From: Octopus vulgaris
Taxonomy: Eukaryota
Assembly (NCBI GenBank): GCA_951406725.2
Contig: OX597826.1
Coordinates: 6,076,001 to 6,140,000 of the forward strand
Reading direction: 5' to 3'
Length of the DNA: 64,000 nt
Part shown: positions 24,757 through 37,589 of the stretch, in pieces
How the letters are laid out: each line of letters starts with the position of its first letter
Position numbering within the stretch: the stretch's first letter is position 1
Notes under the pieces: generated by a model
What the model was told of the DNA's origin: nothing
Database searches by the model: none
What the model saw: the letters and a program-made list of their open reading frames with translations, nothing else
Program-made: the position numbers and the translations under genes

Positions 24757-27013
24757 TCTAGTTGTGTGAGTGTCTGTCCCCTTCGATTTAGATTCCTAAC
24801 TCCTCCCACATTTTGCGGTGCAGTTTAACCAAATTCGGGTGTCTTATAGTCGTGATTCATATCGAGCCCGTCTGACTATTAGCGCGCGTCAACGATGAGT
24901 CTACGATTTTAAAAATAATTTAACATCATTTTTTATTCCATTTTAATGCATAAAATGCATCGTATGTCGATGGCGGCGGAGTTGGCGTCCACGCTCACAG
25001 CTGCACCTGTTTGCTTCTCCCCCTTCCCTCCCTCGTGAAGCTGTGGGGAAGGGAGTGTAAAGAAATCAACGTCGTAATGCGTTGTGAAGGAAACCAGCGT
25101 TCTTTTAGAACAACGACTTCATGGCTTGAAGACACCAAAACAAAAATGGCTAAAAAAGCCCGAATTTATAAGGGAAGTAACTCTCTAAAAATGCTTATAT
25201 AGTTATTTCCCTTACAAATCCGAGCAACGCCGGGCGATACTGCTAGTATATATATAAAAGTGAAGTTGTGTGAGTGTCTGTCTCCTACGATTTAGATTCC
25301 TAACTACTCCCACATTTTGCGGTGCAGTTTAACCAAAACCTGGTATCTTATAGTCGTGATTCATATCGATCCCGTCTGGGTATTAGCGCGCGTCTACGAT
25401 GAGTCTACGATTTTAAAAATAATTTAACATCATTTTTTTCCATTTCTTCCAATTTTTTCGTGTGTCGATGGCGGCGGAGTTGGCGTCCATGATCACACCT
25501 GCACCTGGGTTGCTTCTCCCCCTTCTTCCCTCCCTCGTGAAGCTGTGGGGAAGGGAGTGTAAGGAAATCAACGTCGTAAAGCGTTGTCAAGGTGACCAGC
25601 GTTCTTTTAGAACAACGACTTCATGGCTTGAAGACACCAAAACAGAAATGGCTAAGAAAGCCCGAAAGCAAATTCTACAAAATCGGGAAACACGCCACAC
25701 AGGGAAGGTTTCCCGTACAAAGAATTTGCACAACCGAATGTTTTAGTTGTTGCACAACTTTTACTTAAAAGATATTATCCAAACACAAACTTTTGAAGAC
25801 AAAATTGTATGGCGATGGTACTTGTGAAATATGGTAATGGATTTTAATAGCCAAAAGGAGAGAGCAGAAGCATATTATGGTGGTGGTGGAGGCGGTGGTA
25901 GTGGCAGCGGTGGTGGCGGTGGTGCTGGTAGTGGTGATGGTGGTCGTGGTCGTGTTTGTGGTGGTGGTGATGGTGTTGTTGTTGGTGTTATTGTTGGTGG
26001 TGGTGGTGATGATGGTGGTGGTGGTGGTGATGATGGTGGTGGTGGTCGTGGTGGTCTCCGTGATGGTGGTGGCGATGGTGGTCGTCGTGTTTGTGGTGGT
26101 GGTGGTTCGTCGTGTTTGTGGTGGTGGTGTTGGTGTTGTTGTTGTTGGTCGTGGTCGTGGTGGTGGGGGTGGTGATGATGGTGGTGGTCGTGGTGGTCGT
26201 GATAATGGTGGTGGTCGTGGTGGTATTCGTGACGGTGGTGGTGATGGTCATGGGCGTAGTAGTGGTGGTGGTCATGGTAGTAGTGGTGGTGGTGGTGGTG
26301 GCGGCTGAAGCTGTCGTCTGGGTTCTTTCAATTTTTTCGTGTGTCGGTGGCGGCTTGGCGTTCATGCTCGCACCTGCACCTGTGTAGCTCCTCCCCTTCT
26401 TCCCTCCTTCGTGAAGCTGTGGGGAAGGCAGCGTAGGGAAATCAACGTCGTAAAGCGTTGTCAAGGAGACCAGCGTTCTTTTAGAACAACGACTTCATGG
26501 CTTGAAGTCACCAAAACAGAAATCGCTAAAAAAGCTGAAACAGATCCACAAAAACGGCAAAAACCGCCACACAGGGCACAATTTGCACAACCGAATGTTT
26601 TAGTTGTTGCGCAAATCTTTATATATAAAAGTGAAGTTGTGTGTCTGTCTCCTACGATTTAGATTCCTAACTACTCCCACATTTTGCGGTGCAGTTTAAC
26701 CAAAACCGGGTATCTTAAGGTTGTGATTCATATCGAGCCCTTCTGGGTATTAGCGCGCGTCTACGATGAGTCTGCGATTTAAAAAAAAAATTACCATCAT
26801 TTTGTCCATTTTAATGCATTTTTTCGCTATTATATAAGGGAAGTAACTCTCTAAAAATGTCTACGATGAGTCAACGATTTAAAAAAAAAATTGCCATCCT
26901 TTTTTATTCCATTTTTAATGCATTTCTTTGCTATTTTTTTGCTATAACTCACTAAAAATGCTTATATATGTATTTCCCTTACAAACCCGAGCAACGCCGG
27001 GCGATACTGCTAG
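24292..27013 (+). mobile_element. Cluster of non-autonomous Helitron copies (head-to-tail and partial)
   Basis: Three 3' ends with the hairpin (C/T)CGAGCAACGCCGG followed by CTAG|T (CTAG at 24713, 25243, 27010). A 5' end A|TCTTTATATATAAAAG lies at 26616, so 26616-27013 is a complete copy between A and T. Shared internal blocks repeat 3-4 times. Confidence 0.8.
25875..26305. repeat. (GGT)n-rich trinucleotide tract
   Basis: Directly visible. Source of the poly-G/V/H/T ORFs. Confidence 0.9.
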
Positions 27014-27063
27014 TATATATATAGACAGAGAGAGAGGAAGATAGATATATAGATAGATCGATC

Positions 27064-27127
<64 letters not shown>

Positions 27128-27534
27128 TAACCCTATGACGGACTTCCACGAAGCTTCTCTCAAAGAAATTCACCCACATTGCCATGATTTGCTCAGGCCT
27201 AAGATTAAAGACATTTCTTTAACGTGGCTTGCTGTGGAGATGAACCCAAACGTATTAGCCGCCTGACCATATTAACCGCACAACACTAATCGTGCCTATA
27301 GAATGAAATAAGTTGGTATATTTGTTTCTTAATAATAGCTCAAGTGCATTTCGAATCGTTTATCGTTTATTCGCATTATATTTTCAATTATGGTAGCAGA
27401 GATGTTTTCACAAACGAAGAAAAAAATAAAAACAAAAAAAAAGATAAAGGAAAATAATAATCCACTTAATAGAATCAATAGTAACTGCTTCCATCTTTGT
27501 CGTATGGTGATTGATATTCTTGGGAGGAAAAAGG

Positions 27535-28322
27535 GACGAGCTAGCAGAATCATTTGCACGCCGAGCTAAATGATTACCGGTATTTCGTCTGCCCTTACGT
27601 TCTGTGTTCAAATTCCGCCGAAGTCGAATCTGTCTGTCATTCTTTCGGGGTCGATGAAATAATTATCAGTTGAGTACTGGGGTCGATGTAATTGCTGGCC
27701 TTGTGTCATCATTTTAAACCAATATTTCGGCGAGGTGTAAACCCGTTACATCCATCCTAGTACTTGAACGCCGCTAATTTATTACTACGAATGAATAAAA
27801 AAGAAGGTAAATTTGGCTTCGAGTGGAGTTGATCTTAGAATTTTGAGAGCCAGAAGAAATGTTGCTCAGCATTTTGGAGTATGTACCAACGATTCGGCCA
27901 ACATACTGCCTTAATCATGATGATGATGACAATGATGGTGATAATAGTAATTTTAATTTTGGCACAAAGCTAGCAATTTCAGGAGATGGGCTATTTGATT
28001 ACATCGATCATAGCTTTGAAGAGGTTCTGAAAATCTCAAAATGAAGACACAATCGACCTTAGAAAATTTGAACTCAGAAAGGTAAGACGGACAAAATGCC
28101 TGTAAATAGTTTGCCAGGGACGTACTGAAAATACTCCCAGCTCGCCTTAATAATAATAAGGGCTGAAATTTGGGGGAGGTGCTAAGTCGATGACACCGAC
28201 TCCAGTTCTCAACTGGTAGCTATTTCATCGACCCCGTAAGGCAAAATTTGAACTCAGAAGTGAAGACAAACGAAACCCCGCGAGCATTTGGCTCGTCGTG
28301 TTAATGATTTTGCCATCTCACC
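27535..28322. mobile_element. Three or more SINE copies (Meta-like core family): one on + (27535-27712), others on - (about 27945-28322)
   Basis: GAGCTAGCAGAATC...TTCAAATTCCGCCGAAGTCGA...TTTCGGGGTCGAT on +; AATTTGAACTCAGAA...ACGGAC units on -. Confidence 0.65.
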
Positions 28323-29296
28323 ATATGTGCGAGTGGGATCCGTATATAAATCTTCTTTGTGTCAGCGCGTGTTATACACCTATATTCACTATCTTATACA
28401 CACACCTATATTTGCAGCGTATATAGTCATAAACATACGTATGAATACTTCATCTGCGTCGATGTGAGTATAATATAAAACCAGTTTCTATATGGCTACG
28501 TCTTCTACTGTAAAACATCTTCTTTTCTTTTAGTGTCGAAATGTGTGTGTTTGAAAGAGAGAAAGAGAGAGAGTGAGAGTGGGAAAGAGTGCGTGTGTGT
28601 GTCCGTGTCTATGTATGTGTCTGTGTGTATGTAGTTTCCTATGTGGCTATTTATATATATATATATGGCAAAGTAAATATCTGTGCGTATGCAGATATAT
28701 GAATTGTTTATGTGAGTTGTTCAATGAAGCAAAGAGTGACAACTCTCCATACACATGCCGTATATTTCGCAGCTCAATACTCTCAATTAACTGCTCCGTT
28801 GTGGTTGAATAAAGCATGGCAGTACAGATGAATGGATTATTCGGTTGGTGCTTGTCAAGAACAGACACCTTTCACTACGGAACCCAGTATCTGTCAATAA
28901 ACTCTCGGTCTATATTCATTTTTATTATTTTTTTTAGATAGTTTTAGCTCATAATTTCTCTGAGACAAATTATCCTTAAACCTTCTTTACCAAAAGTCTA
29001 ACAAAAGTAGTATCTATCCCTATGGGATTGTGTTTCTGACTGTGCGTCTCGTTCACTCTCAGAGTTGTTAACTGTTTTGTCGTATTCTGTCATATCCGGT
29101 ATTGACAGATCCGGTTAAAGATGTTATACTAGTGATCTCCGTCATTGTGTAATAGATGTATATTTCTATGTATATACGTGCGTGTATGCGAACGTGCTCA
29201 TTTCCAAAGTCATATTGACTCACAACATCTATACATCTATCTATACAAAATGATACGGAAAATTCCGTCGAAGACGACATATCAACATACATATAT

Positions 29297-29357
<61 letters not shown>

Positions 29358-29519
29358 CACACACACACGAGATTTGATATCAGGTGTCGACGTGATCGCA
29401 ACTTGAAATGTAGAGTTTTGCACCGGCGCACAACGCACAGGCCTCTCTGAAATCGAACTCTAACCACTAGGTCACAAACCTTGTGTGTGTGTGTGTACGT
29501 GTACTTATATGTGTATATA

Positions 29520-29575
<56 letters not shown>

Positions 29576-29899
29576 AGTAAATGTATATATATATATATAT
29601 ATACAAATAAATACCCATACACACATACACATTAAATATATAAATATATTCTGATCTCTTTGTCACTAGTGATTAGAAAAACGGTCTTCAGATACTTCAC
29701 AATGACAAGATCATGTCTAAAAGAATCTGTAGGCTGTTAATATAAGACAACACTTTTGAGATAATGTTAAAAGTTTTTAATTAAACTTAACATGCAGAGT
29801 GCCTCGCATTTTTCAACACATGGAATATAAAAAAATTTGGTTGTTATCTGATGCTTAAGTTGTCCGAATTAGTGCGTAAAGTCTACATAGTTGATTGAA

Positions 29900-30106
29900 T
29901 ATTCCGGCATTCGCCATGATAGATCGCTAGCCACTACACATTCTTTATTTTCGCTCCTCGTTTCTTTCATTGTTCCTTTCTGTGGAAGAGCGGAGGCTCG
30001 AAACGTTAAAGACCTTATCACTTCCCGAGTGTTATACTAATACATCTGTTTGCTGTCTTCACCACCTGTCTTCGTCTTTTGTTTTTTTGGTTTTGTAACT
30101 TCTCCC

Positions 30107-30108
<2 letters not shown>
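29900..30108 (+). mobile_element. Penelope-type 3' end fragment carrying a hammerhead motif (29976-30011), followed by (TA)n
   Basis: CTTT-CTGTGGA-A-GAGC GGAG GCTC-GAAA-CG-TT-AAAG; the fragment ends TTCTCCCTA then (TA)n. Core position A6 is mutated. Confidence 0.55.
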
Positions 30109-30183
<75 letters not shown>

Positions 30184-31714
30184 ACTCCTATCACGATGTG
30201 TATCGTATTCTTGTTGTCTACAATGAGAAACAGGATGTTTTATGCGCCAAAAATTATTCCAAAATATAACTAATGAATAGCACTCCGAAAATGCTACCCA
30301 TAAAACTTCATATTCAATGTAAGAGAACCCATAAATTCCATGAATACAAATCTTTGAATAATTTGGGTTTGTTTACACCTTGGAAACACTCAAGGAAAAT
30401 ATTATATATACGGACTAGATTCGTTTCCTGTCTGTAAATATCCTATGTGTTAAGGGATTTATGTGAAATGTAATCGCTTCGAATATTTCCTTATAACATT
30501 AGCAACGTATGCATTAGTATATAAGTCCTTACTTTCCTGGGCGAAAAGCAAGCTGTACTATTTGACTTGCATACTCGTACGATCCTTATCATCAAACAGA
30601 AAATATTTAAATCAATACCGGTAATTTTTTTTTCGATTGTCATGGAAATCCTTTCAGTTGAATAGGCCGACAAATCTACAGCACGCCAAAGCAAATTTCT
30701 GTGCAAAATTTTAATGTCTAATTAGAAGCCCTTTATCTCTTACTGCTTATTTCCCCAAGAGAAAACAGAATTATCACACATTTGCATCAGGATATGCATA
30801 CAGGTGTCCCATCCTACATATATACATGTAAACATAATTACACACATGCATTCAAACGTGCAAGCATGCAAACACCCAGACACTCACATAGATTTTTATC
30901 CATAAGGGATCACTTATTAACGCATTAGGTTTGTTTTAACATTATTTAAATATGTGACTGTATGTATGTATGTGCACACATTAACACACGCCTATATACG
31001 TTTTGACAGAAACAATTTTAGTAGAGTTTGTTGTTAATTGTTAATATACATAATTTAATCGTATCCTATTTATGAAGAAACCAGACTATATGTACATAAT
31101 TAAGACTCCGCCAGAGCATGTGAATATTTGATTTTGAAATTAGGTTTGGCTTAAGCGTTTCATATTTTCAGTCTCTCACGAGATTGCCAAGGCACATTAA
31201 AATGTTCAATGTCAATTGATATTCGGTGAAAATAGATTGCTTTGTTTTCTAATTATATTATGATGCATATTAATTTCATATCAATTTGATTTTTTGGTTC
31301 CCAAAAGACAAATTAAATTCGATTTATTTCAAAATAATAAAACTATTCAATCACCATATGTTCGTCATGTAATTGTTGAATAGTATAATCACTGTATTTC
31401 TTTAAATTAAAATTAACTTTTATAAGTTTTACGAAAATATATTTAGGCGTTGATTCTAAATAGTTGGGTTAATGAACACCCGACTCAAAGTTCATGTAAT
31501 ATAATTTGCTACTATATCAAAAATAATGCTATCAGTCTGCAGAGACACACAAGACCGACAAAGGAAAATATATCAATTACTTGAATTTTTTATCACACCT
31601 TCAAATTATTTTAACAAACAGGCGACTTAAGTCTGAAGTAATACAGATTTTAGGGAAAGTATGTGGAATCTATTAATTTCTGATAGTCTTTGACACTGTT
31701 TATCGTATAATATA

Positions 31715-31928
31715 CAGTAATCACTCGATTATCACGGATGTTACGTTTTAAAACCTGCGATAGACGAAAATCCGCGAAGTAGAAACAGTACTATATACTT
31801 TTTTAATTATTTCTATAAGTTGTATATATTTATTTTATTATAAATGCAAAACAACACCGCGGAAGAATCGAGGTAAGTTTAAATAATAAACCGCGATAGT
31901 TGAAACGCGATATGGCGAGGGATTACTG
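31715..31928. mobile_element. Tc1/mariner-pogo-type MITE
   Basis: TIRs CAGTAATCACTCG...CGAGGGATTACTG, flanked by TA on both sides. 214 bp, non-coding. Confidence 0.85.
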
Positions 31929-32214
31929 TATATTTTCGTAGAGTGGGACGGTCAACTTGCTAATAAAAGACTCGCGCTCTGTCTTGTTTATTTGTGTAAT
32001 AATATCGTTAACTAATTAGTTATTTCTTGTGAAATTTTAAAATGATTTATCCATCGATCATTTTCTCATTGCTATGATACGCTAGAAACATTCGTGGTAG
32101 GGGGAAGGTAATATTTATTACGTGGTTAAACTAGTTTGTTGAAGGTAGAGGAGGGGAGTTAACATATAACATTAGCTGAAGGGTGATGTTCTGATTATGA
32201 GGTTAGAGAAAGGC

Positions 32215-32257
<43 letters not shown>

Positions 32258-32867
32258 GGTGGTCGTGATGGTGGTGGTGGTGGTGGTGGTGGTGGTAGTG
32301 GTTTTGGTGGTGGTTGGTGGTGATGGTGGAGTTGGCGATGGTGAGTGTATAGTGAAAAGTAATACTATTATTAATTGAACTAAGTTATTTCATATCACCT
32401 ATCACTTAACGCATGCGCATCCCAAATTTGCCATTCACTTTTGAAAGAAACTCGTTTCCCGTTTACCTGTCATATGCAATGACTATCAATTAACCACAAA
32501 TGCAGACTGAATTCGGCCATGGTCAGCTGTCTGTTGCATTCTCAACGGCTTGCAATTTATGTGATGTGAGAGTTAAAGTTATCAGCACTGACAAACAAGG
32601 GAGAAGAAGAGGGAGAACTTACACCAAGAGTATTGTCTGCATAGAAGTATTGGATTGAAAGGTGTTGGCGAATTGAAATGTGTATTGGCTCTGACCTTGG
32701 CTTATACGTTAGCAACGATGTGGCATTTAGTGTATGTCATGTTGCATTACATTTTTAGCCCCGTGAAATTCTGACCTCTATATTTTAAATATAAAAATAT
32801 TTTTTTTACAATAAAAGTTTTGTTTTCTAGATATGAAATTATGACAATTTTTTTTTTTTTTTTTTTT

Positions 32868-33080
32868 TTGTACTTGTTTCAGTCATTTGACTGCGGCCAT
32901 GCTGGAGCACCGCCTTTTAGAGTGGTGAAAGAGTACAGCAGGGATCACCACCATCCCCTGCCGGAGACTCGTGGAGCTTTTAGGTGTTTTCGCTCAATAT
33001 AACACACACAACACCCGGTCTGGGAATCGAAACCGCGGTCCTCCGACCGCAAGTCCGCTGCCCTAACCACTGGGCCATTG
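32868..33080 (-). mobile_element. Chimeric SINE (head/core of one family, 3' end of another) with poly(A)
   Basis: Head CAATGGCCCAGTGGTTAGGGCAGCGGAC on minus, joined to the GGCGGTGCTCCAGCATGGCCGCAGTCAAATGACTGAAACAAGTA end of the 56410-family. T-run at about 32848-32869. Confidence 0.7.
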
Positions 33081-33181
33081 TAATTTTTTCTCTTTATGGG
33101 GAAAATGAAAAACTAAGAGTGAATATATATTTTATGAGTGCTGTTTATTAAGTCTCTAAAATTGTGCATAAAGTATATTAA

Positions 33182-33265
<84 letters not shown>

Positions 33266-33719
33266 GTATTAAGTAATCATGGTATTCCAATTTCCTTCAC
33301 TTTTCAATGATTAGCAGATGCCCGACTAACTTTGATACAGACGCCACACATGGTACGTTTTCAGGCTTTTGGGATAAAGTTTGCCGGAATAACTCAACAG
33401 GTTTACTATTAATTCTGTGAAATATTCATGGTTCTAGCTAGTTCTTTATTTATTATTAGTTTGTTTTTGGGAAAAAAAAATTAGAGATAATTAAAAAATA
33501 GAAAAAAAGAATTACCACGAACACAAACATTAAATAATAGACGAATGGTATAAATACAGAGATGAGAAGGAAACTGATTTATTACAGCAAGAAATTAATA
33601 TTATATCAGTTTTACATTAAATATCCCCAAATCATCAATGTATGATTATGTTACTCCTAGATATGTCATTTACATTTTGACTAGCAACACATTTAGGTTA
33701 TTTATACTATAAAATTCTA

Positions 33720-34140
33720 ATAGTTTCAGGCATTGGACTGTGGCGATGCTGGCATACAGACTTCAAAGGGATTTATCGAATAAATCAAACCCAGTATCTA
33801 TTTATTTTTAATATAGTGCCTATTCTATCAATGTCTTTTGCCGAACCACTATTACTGGGATGCAAAGAAAACAACATAGATTGTCAAGTGCTGGCGGAGC
33901 AATCACAAGCATACACACAGACACGCACACATACGCACACACTCACACGTACGCACAAGCACAGATAAACAGGCACACACAGACACGCACGGACGCACAC
34001 TCACACACACACATACACACAGGCACGTAACTATGTGAGGTAGGAAGAATGAGCTCCTCCTCCAAAATTTCCCTCACAACGCATTAATCGGCAAGAAGTT
34101 ATAATAGATAACACTTGACGAAGCTCCTGTGCAGTGAGAC
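33720..34140 (-). mobile_element. Degenerate SINE (family of 56410-56826)
   Basis: TTTCAGGCATTGGACTGTGGCGATGCTGG...CTTTTGCCGAACC...TTGTCAAGTG, then a CA-rich middle. Confidence 0.55.
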
Positions 34141-34273
34141 GGCTGGAAAAAATGTTAAATACCATTCAAAAATAGTTTATACTTCTATTTTGTGGTCACT
34201 TAATTTCTAACAAACATTTCAGAAACAGTCTATTAATAATCCTTGTTTTATATGAAATTCATAGAAATACTAC

Positions 34274-34520
34274 GGAGGTGCATGGCTTAATGGTTTGGGT
34301 GTTGGACTCATGATCGTAAGATTGTGGTTTCGATTCCTGGACCGGACGATTCGTTGTGTTCTTCAGCAAAACACTTCATTTCACGTTGCTCCAGTCCACT
34401 CAGCTGGCAAAAATGAGTAATCCTGCGACGGACCGGCGTCCTGTCCAGGTGGGGAGTTTCCACGTCACTGAAACCGGGAAACCGGCCCTTATGAGCCTGG
34501 CATGGCTCACGAGGAAACAT
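34274..34520 (+). mobile_element. tRNA-derived SINE
   Basis: GGAGGTGCATGGCTTAATGGTT...GGTTTCGATTCCTGGACC...CACTTCATTTCACGTTGCTCCAGTCCACTCAGCTG...GAAACCGGGAAACCGGCCCTTATGAG. Confidence 0.8.
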
Positions 34521-35605
34521 AAATATACTAACATTGGAAATTTGGTGCCACATACATCGTATCAAGTGTTACAGAATCCATGAATGACTCAAAACATGCA
34601 ATGCAGAATGGAAGTTTATTTTTAAAAATAATTTTCGATATCAAACACAAAATTGATGATTTGCCATACTAAGGTATGGCAAAACAGTTTTTTTATCAAA
34701 TAGTAGCTCAATTTCATCACGATGTTTGTTTGGTACAAACATTTGAAGTAATAATATAAAGCGGTGAATGTGATATTTGAATAAAGTTAAAAGAAAATGA
34801 CAGGAAAATCGAAGCCTTCATTTAGCAGACGATAAAGCATTCTTAAACAACTGCCACCATTTGTAAAGATAAAATTGGCGGAGTTGAGCCGGATTGCAAA
34901 TGGAGTTGGAAGAAAACAACGCTAACACTGCAGCAACTATAAACTGTTAATGCGAATCGACGGAGTTAGTACATTCGTTTTGTAGCTTCAAAAAATTATG
35001 TTAGCTACTCCATCATCTTATGAATATATTATAAATTATTTGATAATACATATCCTTTTTCGAAGCAATCGGTATGCATTCTTTTGTCTGTGGTTGTCAT
35101 TAATAAGAGATTGGAATAAATGAATGATAATGCTGATCATGAATAGATCATCCCTAGTTACTCTCAATGAATAGAATAAAAAGTAATATTTCATAAAAAA
35201 AGGGTAATTTTGCAATTCTTTTTATACATTAAATTTTTCAAAACTAATTTCGGCTTTAGAAATTCTATTGTTGAATTAACGTTTTTAAAATTTAATCTTT
35301 TATTCGCATTTCCGTTACTTTATGAGCAATTTGCAAATATTTATTTTTTTAATGAGGAGAAATATACGACTTTGCAGCGACACACAAACAAATTTCCATA
35401 TACAACAACTCTCCTAATAACACCACACTGAGAACTGATCTGTATGTATTCGTGCATATACATACTCAAAACAAACACATACACATAAAAATACACGTGG
35501 GTATACAGACATAAACATATATGTATATAATTGCAAATATATACATACATATATACACATACACATATACATATAAATATATAGACATATATGTTTGTGT
35601 GTGTG

Positions 35606-35666
<61 letters not shown>

Positions 35667-35808
35667 GTGTTTCCGTATGTGTGCGCGTGTGTATGTATTA
35701 TCATGTGTGCATGCAATCACAAGCAGAAACAATAATATAACTAATCATACTGATATATGTATATATATATATATATATATATACATATATGCATACATAT
35801 GTACTTAT

Positions 35809-35850
<42 letters not shown>

Positions 35851-35915
35851 CCACTATATTAATTTATATATGCACATATATACACACACACAAATTTATA
35901 TATATGTTTATATGT

Positions 35916-35951
<36 letters not shown>

Positions 35952-36503
35952 GCACACACACACATACACACACACACATATATATATATATATTTATATA
36001 TGTGTATAAATCCATATATGTATATGTATGTATTTATGTGTGTATGTTTGAATAAGCATATGTATGTATGCGCACACACTGACCCGCAGTGCGTTTGCTG
36101 CATGTGTAAACATTAAGAGGCTAACATTAACATCACACTAAGCTGTAAGCTTTTTTTTCTTCTTACATACTGACGCATTGACGTAAATGCATACATAATG
36201 AAATTAAAAGAAAAAACTGTAAGTCACACACACACAAACACACAGACACACACAATTGCACACAAACATATACACAGACAATGGCACAAGCACACACACA
36301 TATCTAAGAATATATACTTACATATTTGTGCATTTGAATATATTAATCCAATTCATGCATTTTAAATGGCTGAATTTTCTATTCATGTTTGTTTCCATAA
36401 AATATTCGATTTTTCTCATAACAATATATTTTCGCATGTCAAAATATTTTAACAATATCGATGGATATGCATTTTCTTTATATTTAATACTTTCTCATTT
36501 CTA

Positions 36504-36563
<60 letters not shown>

Positions 36564-36772
36564 ATCTCTATCTTTATATGTACATTTACACACATATAGA
36601 AGCACAAACTCACACTCAGACACACAGACACGCACTCAAAGGCACACATAAATACACATCTAACACATATTTTGATATACACACACAATCACAAATTTAA
36701 ATACATTAATATATTAATATACCCACACACGAGAAAAGACGTGCACGTGTTATTGCGAATATATATACATAT

Positions 36773-36807
<35 letters not shown>

Positions 36808-36876
36808 ACTATATATGTATATACACATACATATATACTTATACATACATGCACACACATATATATATACATATAC

Positions 36877-36926
<50 letters not shown>

Positions 36927-36961
36927 ATATGTATGTATGTATGTATGCATGTATACATACA

Positions 36962-37015
<54 letters not shown>

Positions 37016-37589
37016 TATATGTGTGTGTGTGCGTCGGTGCATGGATAGTTGGGTGTGCCACTGTTTACGTAAGGGAAGGCATTTTATATTTCCGGCAATT
37101 TATGCCAATATCTCCTCTTTGTCACGTTCTATATATTTCAATAACTTGCAAATTTGACTTTGTAGACGCAAGTTGAAATTACAAAGCTCTGGGTTAAAAC
37201 GGTATGAAACGACTGCAGCGTATTACCGGTATTTACTATATGATCCATAAAAATAGACACTAACGAGTTATCTTTTTAATTGTTTGAAATAAAAATAAAA
37301 CTGGAGGGACATAAATACTTGAATGTAATAGTTTATAGATGCAAAACGGTTGTGTAGTTATGTTGTCTTAGCAACCGCGTCGTTTCAAGATTGGGGAAGT
37401 GTTTTCTTTTATAGCCCATGGAGGACTAGTGTGATGTGAATAAATATTTCATCTGGAGACTGTGCGGAAACTCTTTTCACACATGCCTATATTAACAAGT
37501 ATTTTTATGAACGTATAAATGTAGGCGTATATTTATGTATATATGTATATGTGCGTGCATGTCTATATGTGTATGTCTTCTAGTATTTA

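Noticed and set aside
25831-26464. Gly-rich, Val-rich and His-rich ORFs
   Set aside because: A (GGT)n tract inside the Helitron cluster.
24292-27013. CRISPR-like or satellite interpretation of the repeated blocks
   Set aside because: Eukaryotic context, long units without unique regular spacers, and termini that fit Helitrons.
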